Below, piece after piece: positions 50,125-60,890 of a stretch of 64,000 nucleotides of DNA. Position numbers and translations under genes: made by a program. The first letter of the stretch is position 1; every line of letters begins with the position of its first letter. This DNA comes from Squalus acanthias (lineage: Eukaryota): assembly GCA_030390025.1 (NCBI GenBank), contig CM059432.1, forward strand, positions 55,616,001 through 55,680,000, written 5' to 3'. The notes under the pieces are model-generated. The model made no database searches. It worked only from the letters and a program-made list of their open reading frames with translations, and was not told the origin of the DNA.

Positions 50125-51330
50125 CAAATCACTCAAAACTGCTGTCATTATCCCCCTTAAACATTTTGCCACCACTAGCTCAAAGTCAAGCCCTCCCAAA
50201 TGCTCCCTCTTTGAATCCCTTTGCCCTGCCCAGATTGCCCTGATCAAAGTCACCAACAAACACCTTCACTGAGACCTCTCATCCTCCTTGACCCCCCCAG
50301 TGTTCAACAGGTCACACATGAAATTAGCACATCTCCTGCAATGGCTTCCCCTCTTCCACCCCCACATGATCACCTCAGGTGTACCTCAAGGCCTCAACTT
50401 CGGCACCTTTTTTCCTTGTTTACATGCTGCCCTGAGCAAGAAGACAGCGTTTACATGTATGTCGACGATGCCCAATTGTAGCTTTCTGCCACCACTGTTG
50501 ATTCCTTGACAACCACTGTGTTTGCTGTTTGACTCATTAGTTGAAGTCAAATTCTGAGTGAGCAAGGACTGCCATTAACACAACACTGGCAAGATCAAAG
50601 CCATCCTATTTGATCTGCTTCTAAAATCTCTGCACCTTCGTCCCTGGTCAGTCCTTCTCCCTGACTAATCATTCAGGCTGAGCCTAATAGTGTGCAACTA
50701 TAGTGTCCCATTCATTGGTCCCTGACCTGAGCATCAAAGCCCACTTTCGAGACACCACAACCTATTTCCACCTTTATATCATATCCCGCCTCCGCCGTGC
50801 ATACTGCTGCTGAAATTCTTATCCATGGCTTTGTCATCTCCAGAATTATTTATTCCAACACTGTCCTTGCCAGACTTCTGAGTTCTGTGTGTCACCAACT
50901 GCAACTTGTCCAAAATTCTACCACAGACACTAAATCCTGCTTTCCCTACCTATCATGTCTGTCCTTGCCAACCTTCATTGGCTCCCTATCGACAAACATA
51001 ATTACTTCAAGATCCTCACCTTCATTGCAACGCCTCCTCTCTCCACTCCAACTTCAGCCATTCTGGTGCCATGTTCTAGAATGCACTCCCCAACCACCCC
51101 CCACCCCACCCCCCCGCCCACCCCATCTTGCCATCTCTCTGCGCTCCTTCAAAAGTTCCCTCAAAACTTACTTCTTTGAACTTGGTTTCAGTAACCAGCT
51201 ATTCTACCACCACTGGTCAGTGTCTGATCATTTTCACCTCTATGAAGAATTTTGGGATATTTTATATTTATAATAAAAACAATTTTCATTCATATAATAC
51301 TTGTAAAACTGCTATACAAGTGCAAGTTGT
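50125..51330 (+). mobile_element. Highly degenerate L2
   Basis: SGVPQGL, YVDDAQL, EILIHGFVISRI, LANLHWLP. Confidence 0.75.
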
Positions 51331-51489
51331 TTTTATGCATATGGAAAGGCATGGATCATTTTCTAACTTCGCATTGCTGGTGAAGAGCCGTGCCTGCTGG
51401 TACTGCATACTGAAAATTCAGGCAATCATAGCACATGATTTTCCAACCATTAATTTAAATGGTCGAAAAATCATGAGCAGCGTGCATCC

Positions 51490-52044
51490 TTTTTCTCTTA
51501 GGCAGTCCCTCGGAACCGAGGATGACTTGCTTCCACATTAAAAATGAGTTCTCAGGTGACTGATGAGTCCAATGCGGGACCTACAGTCTCTGTCACAGGT
51601 GGGGCAGACGGTGGTTGAAGGGGCGGGTGGGTGCGGTGCTTGGGTTGACGTGCGCGCCTTGCGCTGCCTGCGTTTGGCTTCCGCTTGCTCCCGGTGAAGA
51701 GACTTGAGGTGTTCGGCGCCTTCCCGGATGCTTCTCCTCCACTTTGTGCGGTCTTGGGCCAGGGATTCCCAGGTGTCGGTGGGGATGTTACACTTTTTCA
51801 AGGAGGCTTTGCGGGTGTCCTTGAAGCGTTTCCTCTGCCCACCTGGGGCTCTCTTGCTGTGCCGGAGCTCCGAGTAGAGCGCTTGTTTTGGGAGTATCGT
51901 ATCGGGCATGCGGACAATGTGACCCGTCCATCTCATTGTCCGCATGCCCGATACGAGACTCACAAAACAAGTGCTCTACTCGGAGCTCCAGCACGGCAAG
52001 AGAGCCCCAGGTGGGCAGAGGAAATGCTTCAAGGAGACCTGAGC
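51490..52044 (-). mobile_element. RTE-clade LINE 3' fragment with inverted-duplicated 5' end and 23-bp TSD
   Basis: RWTGHIVRMPD.LPKQALYSEL..KRAPGGQRKRFKD and C2H2-like CPTCDRDCRSRIGLISHLRTH; flanked by aaaatcatgagcagc(g/a)tgcatcc. Confidence 0.9.
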
Positions 52045-52373
52045 AAAATCATGAGCAGCATGCATCCAAACTTCCAATATCATCTGCCAACACGTGAGCC
52101 TCTCCGCCTATATTACAAAATCAAAAAATTACCCGTGTGGACTAAACAAATGTACCTGTGCAATCCTCAAGGTATAAAAGACCTTATATAAAATTTAAAG
52201 AGACTCCAGCATCCTATAAGATATACAGTCCCATTTGTAAACACAGTATAGTACCTAACAAGGCCATGACAATTAAATCAACTACTTGGAAAACATTGGC
52301 ATTGCAGTAATTGGAGATGCAGACAAGGGAAAGACTGCCAACATGGACGCACAATTTCAAACCCCAGTCCTAG

Positions 52374-55300
52374 TTTTTTTTTTATTCGCTCATGGGATGT
52401 GGGCGTTGCTGGCAAGGCCTGCATTTATTGCCCATCCCTAGGTGCCATTGAGAAGGTGGTGGTAGTGAGCCGCCTTCTTGAACCGCTGCAGTCCGTGTGG
52501 TGAAGGTACTCCCACAGTGCTGTTAGGGAGTTCCAGGACTTTGACCCAACGACGATGAAGTATCAGCGATATACTTCCAAGTCAGGAGGGTGTGTGACTT
52601 GGAGGGGAACTTGGAGGTGGTGGTGTTCCCATGCACCCGCTGCCCTTGTCCTTCTAGGTGTTAGAGGTTGCGGGTTTGGGAGGTGCTGCTGAAGAAGCCT
52701 TGGCGAGTTGCTGCTGTGCATCTTGTAGATGGTACACACTGCAGCCACGGTACACTGGTGGTGGAGGGAGTGATTGTTTAAGGTGGTGGATGGGTTGCCA
52801 ATCAAGCGGGCTGCTTTGTCCTGAATGGTGTTGAGCTTCTTGAGTGTTGTTGGGCTGCACTCATCCAGGCAAGTGGAGAGTATTCCATCACACTCCTTAT
52901 TTGTGCCTTGTAGTCGGTGGAAAGGCTTTGGAGAGTCAGGAGGTGAGACACTCACCGCAGAATACCCAGCCTCTGACCTGCTCTTGTTGCCACAGTGGCT
53001 GGTACAGTTACGTTTCTGGTCAATGGTGACCCCCCAGGATACTGATGGTGGGGGATTCGGCGATGGATACCATTGAATGTCAACTGCCGGTGGTTAGATG
53101 CTCGCTTGTTGGAGATAGTCATTGCCTGGCACTTCTGTGGCGCGAATGTTACCTGCCACTTATCAGCCCAAGCCTGAATGTCTTCCAGGTCTTGCTGCAT
53201 GCGGGCATGGACTGCTTCATTATCTGAGGAGTTACAAATGGCACTGAACACTGTGCAGTCATCAGCGAACATCCCCATTTCTGACTTTATGTTGGAGGGA
53301 AGGTCATTGATGAAGTAACTGAAGATGGTTGGGCCTAGGACACTGCACTGAGGAACTCCTGCAGCGATGTCCTGGGGCTGTGATGATTGACCTCCAACCA
53401 CCACAACCATCTCCCTTTGTGCTAGGTATGACCCCAGCCAGTGGAGCGTTTTCCCCCCGATTCCCATTGACTTCAGTTTTACTAGGGCTCCTTGATGCCA
53501 GACTCAGTCAAATGCTGCCTTGATGTCAAGGGCAGTCACTCTCATCTCACCTCTGGAATTCAGTCCTTTTGTTCATGTTTGGACCAAGGCTGTAATGAGG
53601 TCTGGCGCTGAGTCGTTCTGGCGGAACCCAAACTGGGCATCAGTGAGCAGGTTATTGGTGAGTAAGTGCTGCTTGATAGCACTGTCGATGACACCTTCCA
53701 TCACTTTGCTGATGATTGAGAGTAGACTGATGGGATTGGATTTGTCCTGCTTTTTGTGGACAGGACATACCTGGGCAGTTTTCCACATTGTCGGATAGTT
53801 ACCAGTGTTATAACTGTACTGGAACAGCTTGGCTAGAGGCGCGGCTAGTTCTGGAGCACAAGTCTTCAGCATGACAGCCGGGATGTTGTCGGGGCCCACA
53901 GCCCTTGCTGTATCCAGTGCTCTCAGCCGTTTCTTGATATCACGTGGAGTGAATCGATTTGGCTGAAGACTGGCTTCTGTGGTGGTGGGGACCTCAGGAG
54001 GAGGCCAATGTGGATCATCCACTTGGCACTTCTGGCTGAAGATGGTTGCAAACGCTTCAGCTTTGTCTTTTGCACTCACGTGCTGTTGAGGATGGGGATA
54101 TTCATGGAGTCTCCTCCTCCCGTTAGTTGTTTAACGGTCCAACACCATTCACGACTGGATGTGGCAGAACTGTAGAGCTTTGATCTGATCCGTTGATTGT
54201 GGGATCGCTTAGCCCTGTCTATAGCATGCTGCTTCCGCTTTTTAGTATGCATGTAGTCCTGTGTTGCAGCTTCCCCAGGAGCAGCACCGCATTTTTAGGT
54301 ATGCCTGGTGCTGCTCCTGGCATGCTCTTCTGCACTCCTCATTGAACCAGCGTTGGTCCCCTGGCTTGATGGTAATGGTAGAGTGAGGGATATGCCGGAC
54401 CATGATTTTACAGAATGTGGTGGAATACAATTCTGCTGCTGCTGATGGCCCACAGCGCCTCATGGATGCCCAGTTTCGAGCTGCTAGATATGTTCTGAAT
54501 CTATCCCATTTAGCACGGTGGTAGTGCCACACAACACGATGGAGGGTGCCCTCAGTGTGAAGACGGGACTTCGTCTCCACAATGACTGTGCGGTGGTCAC
54601 TCCTACCAATAGTGTCATGGACAGATGCATCTGCGACAGGTAGATTGGTGAGGACGAGGTCAAGTAGGTTTTTCCCTCGTGTTGGTTCTTTCACCACCTG
54701 TCGCAGGCCCAGACTGGCAGCTAGGTCCTTCAGGACTCGGCCATCTCGGTCAGTAGTGGTACTACCGAGCCACTCTTGGTGATGGACATTGAAGTCCCCC
54801 ACCCAGAGTACATTCTGTGCCTTTGCTACTCTAAATGCTTCTTCCAAGTGGTGTTCAACATGGAGAAGTACTGATTCATCAGCTGAGGGAGTGTGGTAGG
54901 TGGTAATCAGCAGGAGGTTTCCTTGCCCATGCTTGACCTGAAGCTATGAGACTTCATGGGGTCCGGAGTCAATGTTAAGGACTCCCAGGGCCACTCCTTC
55001 CCGACTGTATACCACTGTGCCGCCAGCCCTGGTGGGTCTGTCCTGCCGATGGGACAAGGCATACCCAGGGATGGTGATGGAGGAGTTTGGGACTTTGGCT
55101 GAAAGGTATGATTCTGTGAGTATGACTATGTTAGGCTGTTGCTTGACTAGTCTGTGGGACAGCTCTCCCAATTATGGCACAAGTCCCCAGATGTTGGTGA
55201 GGAGGACTTTGCAGGGTCGACTGGGCTGGGTGTGCCATTGTCATGTCCGTAGCCAGTGCCGAGGTCGATGCCAGGTGGTCCATCCGGTTTTATTCTTATT
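52374..55300 (-). mobile_element. CR1-group LINE (second family), ~2.9 kb, near-complete ORF2 region, frameshifted
   Basis: ILTESYL, WVGDFNVHH, SDH, GPDNIP, QFGFRQ, MFADDC; A-tail at ~52374-52383. Confidence 0.92.
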
Positions 55301-55877
55301 ACAGGTATTTGCATTTATCACAATCAAACTTCCCTTCGTGGCAAATCCTCAGAATTCAGCTGGGATATTTAGGAAGTAAGAAATTTAAAAATTGTCAGAA
55401 AACCCTTCCTTCTTCATTCAATTCAGGTTCCTGACTGATTGACCAAGGCATAGCATTAATGTGTCCATCCTCAAACTCAAGCATGAGAGCATAAATTGAC
55501 GAGAAAAGTCAATTATCAAAATTCTCCCCGGCAGAGATCATAGCAATTTTATTGCTCAATAGAAAGCATCTACCAAACTGGTCAAAACACAATAAATGCA
55601 CAAACATGGTTGCCATATTTTAGGATGTGGGTTTGGCTTGCAAAACTCACATGGCATTTTCCTGATACCAATTTTCATGGAGACAGCAGGGAAATAGAAA
55701 CAAGTAAACCTCTGCACAATGACAGCAAGTGAGCTCAGGAGGCTTAAATTCTTAGCATCTGGCTCAAAATTGATGAGTAGATATTCGGTAGAAATCATTG
55801 TGGCATTGATTTCTATAAAGTTTCTTTGCAGGTAATCAGAGCAGTAATTAAGAATCTTTATGATGTGGTTATATGAA

Positions 55878-56186
55878 AGAAAAAAAGAAAGTCTTGCATT
55901 TATATAGAGCCTTTCACGACCTCAGGACGCCCCACAGCGCTTTACAGCCAATGAAGTACTTTTGAAGTGTATTCACTGTTGGAATATAGGAAACACAGCA
56001 GCCAATTTGCACACAGCAAGCTCGAACAAACAGCAATGTGATAATGACCAGATAATCTGTTTTAGTAATGTTGGTTGAGGGATAAATATTGGCCAGGTCA
56101 CCAGGAAGAACTCCCCTGCTCTTTTCTGAATAGTGCCATGGGATCTTTTACGTCCACCTGAGAGAGCAGACGGGACCTCGGTTTAA
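55878..56186 (-). mobile_element. Deu-domain SINE (SacSINE1/AmnSINE-related), partial
   Basis: Reverse complement of 60578-60890; (cttt)n tail. Confidence 0.82.
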
Positions 56187-56859
56187 TGGGTGAGGGAATG
56201 GGATGGCAAGGGGAGGAGATACAGGATGGTTAAGAGAATGGAATGGAGGCTGGGGAGACGAAATGTGAGAACGAGAGCCAGGTCAGTGAATTGGAGGAGC
56301 AGAAGAAGTAGAGGGAAAGAAGGACAACATTCAATAGTAGGTGAGAGGAGGGGATGTTTGCTCAGGAGCTAGGAGATAGAGGGATTAGTAGCATGAGAGG
56401 CAGCACAATAACAGTTTATAGAGGATAACATGCTTCAGGATGTTATGTGCCGGAAAATGGATCAGGGCGGAATACAGCGAGGGTATAGTGACAAGGGGAG
56501 AAGCAACAGGGGCAGAGTGAAGTAGTAGGGCATCTGAAAGGAGACACCAAAGCCTACAAGCAGCTATTTCCCCAATCCCACCACTGGAAAATGTGCGACA
56601 GCCTGCCGCAGCCATCACACCACCCACCAGCACCCACCCAATAGGAAAGAAAAAAAGAGAAAGAAAGAAGCTCAAGAGCACAGATAAAGATGCAAGAAAG
56701 AAGAAAAATATGGAGGTGAGTAAAAAGGAAGAGAAAGAGCGAGAGCAAGAGACGGAAGCAGAATACAAGAGAGAGAAAACAGCAACACAAACACAACATA
56801 GACAGGTAAGAGAGAAACTATGGACCAGTATTTTGAGTGGCCAATAAACGCAAACAATC

Positions 56860-58032
56860 CTCGCGCTTGAATGGATAGGCCCGAGGCGCACGTGATATTG
56901 GACTTCAGGCCTCATTATCATCAAACCGGCAAGCTAAGGACACCTAATAGACGTTCCCAGGTAACTTGGCGACATAAAGGAGTCGAAAATGGGACCACTG
57001 CAACGCCACCAGCAGCCCTCAGGTAAGTCATTAAAGGGGATCGGGAGGAATGATCGGATCAGCATGGTAGTGTTGGTAGTGTGGCCAGGAGGGAGGGGAA
57101 GGGTTATCGAGAGGAGGAAGGGTGATCGAAAGAAAGGGGTCACTGTGATCAGGAAGGGTGGGCAGCGGCGATCTGGGATGGCAGAGGCTGGGATCGAGCA
57201 AGGCGTAGGCTGGGATCAGCAGGGGGCGGGGAGAGAGGGTCAAGCTCAAGATGGGGGTGCGTGCGGGGGAGTGGTGGCCGGCAACGGGCCACACGTGATT
57301 TTAATGCAGTGCCTGAAGGAGCACTTCTGCTCCTCCCGGCTCCACATTCAGGTAAACATATTTTAAAACTTACCTTTTTGGTGCTGACCTCCAGCAGTCC
57401 CTTTAAGGACCACCTGTTGACCTGGTTTTCCTGAAAGCAGCCAGCATGGCACCGGCTGCGTTCAGGGCAACCCAATATTGCATAATTAGGTAGGTCTGTG
57501 GAATTTGCTGCCCCAGGAAGCTGTGGAAGCTACATCATTAAATAAATTTAAAACAGAAATAGACAGTTTCCTAGAAGTAAAGGGAATTAGGGGTTACGGG
57601 GAGCGGGCAGGAAATTGGACATGAGGCTGAGTTCGGATCGGTCGAGGCCCTGTGGGTGGCGGAGCGGGCCCAGGGGCTGAGTGGCCGGGTCCTGCTCCTA
57701 CTTCTTGTGTTCTTTAGATTTGAGGTGAGGATCAGATCAGCCATGATCTTATTGAATGGCGGAGCAGGCTCGAAGGGCCGATTGGCCTACTCCTGCTCCT
57801 ATTTCTTATGTTCTTATGTTCTTATAAGGGGCTTCACATTAGGCCCTTTATTTGCATATACAAAGGGGCTAATGTCTGTTTCAGGCGTGGGAGATGGATG
57901 GCAATTTGTTTGCTTAAATCAACATGTCAGGCGGTGCACTTACATCTCATAATGAGCATGTGCTTCCTGCCTGCCATATTGGAGACTATTTAGCGCCTGA
58001 GAAATGGGCATTATGTGGTTAAATCCTAGGCC
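56860..58032. mobile_element. Degenerate MITE-like element with nested CR1 3' end (~57495-57825, +)
   Basis: Right end aaatcctaggcc; nested ctgtggaatttgctgcc...(ttcttatg)n with duplicated 3' hairpin. Confidence 0.6.
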
Positions 58033-58490
58033 TATATCCTCTGATTTACTGTGGGGAATCCACAGGAGGTCCACTAGTGAGTAATAATTAGCCAGCTTCA
58101 AGTGGGGCAAGAGGGGAGCAAAATCAGCCTTCATATGTACAAAATTAACAAGCCTTAACCCAAATTATAGATTAGAAACAAAATTGTCCACAGGCTGATG
58201 CAAATGTTCAATTCATTAATTAATCAGCACAGCATTATTTGCTTTGTAATTATTTTTTTTAAAGCAATTAATGCTGTGCTAATTAACTTGTTAAGAAAGA
58301 GCTGGATTAATGACTGTTTAACTACAAGATTGGAAAGTTTGATGGACAAGAACAGACACAGGTAATAAAATACTCTGTGGAACATGATGGTTCATACACT
58401 GCTGGGACCATGGGTAAGTTACCCGTGAAATACAACTGGTCAGAGTTGTAAGTGTGGATTGTAAGGCTGACTTGATGAGCAGGAGTTCTG

Positions 58491-59391
58491 GGGGGAAAAA
58501 TTCAGTTGGTTGCGCCTCCCGTTAGCGCCTTAAGAGGGCGCTAATGGGGCGCAAAGCAACTGGCACCCGGGCGCGGCGATGTTTGCGCCGCTCGCGAAAT
58601 TAACTAGACATTTTGCGGCGACGCTGAACACTACCGCCACGATCTCCTGTGCCGGCAGATCGTGACGTCAGTCGAGTGCGCAACGCCCCGGTAGCGCCCC
58701 GGAGCGGATATTGAGTGGCACCCCCTGCCTTACCGCCTGCTGCTAGCAACGACAGGTTGAGGGGAGCGTTTTGCAGTCAGGAAGGGACTGGGGGAGCACT
58801 ATTTAAAGGCGACCGCTTCCTGCCTTTTATTGTTGGTGACATTTTTGAACCACGCATTCTGAGAGAGAGAGAGAGAGAGAGAGAGACTTCTGGAAAGATT
58901 CAACGCTGTGTGAAGGAGTTTTGGGTACTGAGCAGCACTTTGCAGGTTCATTTTGATTTGCCCTTCCTTGTATCGATTTAGAAGAGACTGTGGGAGTTGC
59001 ACTCTGAGCTCTTTCCCTGGTCCTCTCCATTGTTCTTTCCAGCAGATTTGATGTACAGGTCTCTCCAGGCCGAGATTCAAGGCTGCAATGAGCAGGATGT
59101 GGATGGAAAGCAAGACCAACCCTCCCCTTTAAGAACTGGCCCGTGCCATTGTGTGTGTGTTCCATTGCTGACTGACATCACATGAGCTTCGCCAGCGCTC
59201 TGAGGTAGCGCCTCGCTCCTCAGCCTTTGCGCCTTAAGACAGGTGTGAAGCGCCTAATTTAGCGCTCCAATCACCTCCAGGGGCGATAAAAGTCAAGTTT
59301 GCAGTTGGAGGCGGTAATTAGCGCCAGGCACTAATCTTTGCGCCCGGCCAATAATTGCGCCCCAAATGGGGCGATACTGAATTTCTCCCCC
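58491..59391 (-). mobile_element. Harbinger-type MITE, ~900 bp (copy B, inverted relative to 16749-17642)
   Basis: TIRs gggggaaaaattcag / ctgaatttctccccc; flanks ctg / cta. Confidence 0.92.
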
Positions 59392-60514
59392 CTAATCTAT
59401 TACCTTGTGAATCAAGGATAAATTTCACAGAGGTTTATCTTCTTGGAAGTTGATCTGTGGTGGTTGCCTCCCTCAAAAGATGGAGGGGGTTAGAGTCCAT
59501 GATAGGTTTACTTGTTCATGATCTGTGAAGGAAACAGTTTTGATGGGCCAAACAGTATGTCACATTCCATAACTTTAAATATTCTAAATAAGTGAAATAT
59601 AAGTGAAATTTAGGGAGGTGGCTCAAATCTTGGGAGCAAAATTTGTACAGTCATATTAGTATTAATTCCAATGAGAAGCCCAAGCATTGGCACACCTCTT
59701 CACCTCCCTCCCAAAACAACCCTGCAATACTGGGAAGCTAATGCTGTGGCTATATAGAAGAACCAGGTTAGGAGAGAGATGAATTATTGCTGAGGTTCCC
59801 ACCCATTTTACCCTCCAAAACTAAGGCAGAATTATTCAGGCCGCTGTAACCAGGCATTACTAACAGACATTAAACATTGAGCAAAAATAATAAAATAACT
59901 TAATGACCTGCTATCCTCTTAGCAACAGAAATACAGGAAGATTTTGAGAAATACACGTCTAAAACCCCATGAAACTTATATGAAGTACAGTGCTTCTTTT
60001 CTCGTCATACTCCTATTCATTGAAATCAGTATAAATGGAAGTTGTTTCTTTGATTTATGAATGGCAGCCAGAAGACACGACAAAATAAATGATTTGCATC
60101 AATGCTGCATTTATACTGAATAGCCCTAACCTGGCAAAGGTAGAAAATGTTGCCATTTGTGTATAAGTATCACAGTAGATGAAGTGACATTTCCTATTTA
60201 TATCTAATTTGCACACTAATGACCCCATTTATTGGAGTAGATGGGGTAAAGTAGCTGCGAAATGTAAAACTTTACCCTGATGTATCACAAGCGTTCAAAT
60301 AAATTCACAGAATTATAGCATTTAATATATTATTAACTTTATGCAGTTAAGGAAGTAAAATCATACCCAAAATATTGCCAATCAGATCATTTTTTTTAAC
60401 TATCAATCAGCTTAGGTTTTTAAATTCCCTTCTCAGGTACTCTTGTCTAAAATGTAATTGTGAAAGTGACACAACCTGACTCATTTGAGAGGATTCATAA
60501 ATAATAAATAATAG

Positions 60515-60890
60515 TGCATTTTAATGCAGTACTGAGGGAGAGCTGCACTGTCAGCGGTGCCGTCTTTCAGATAAAACGTTAAATCAAGGCCCCATCTGCC
60601 CTCAGGTGGATGTAAAAGATCTCATAGCACTATTCGAAGAAGAGCAAGGGAGTTCTCCTGGTGTCCTGGCCAATATTTATCCCTCAACCAACTTCACTAA
60701 AACAGATTATCTGGTCATTTATTTCACTGCTGTTTGTGGGACATTGCTATGTGCAAATTAGCTGCTGCATTTCCCTACATTACAACAGTGACTACGCTTC
60801 AAAGGTACTTCATTAGTTGTAAAGCGCTCTGGGATACCCTGCGGCCATGAAAGTCGCTATATAAATGCAAGTTCTTTCGTTTCTTTCTTT
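60515..60890 (+). mobile_element. Deu-domain SINE (SacSINE1/AmnSINE-related)
   Basis: tactgagggag...gtgccgtctttcagat...gtaaaagatc...tgtcctggccaatatttatccctcaacca; 3' end ctatataaatgcaagt shared with local L2. Confidence 0.82.

Noticed and set aside
56385..56924. Hydrophobic or Lys/Glu-rich ORFs (also 48333-48647, 21489-21695)
   Set aside because: Purine/pyrimidine low-complexity tracts with no recognisable domain
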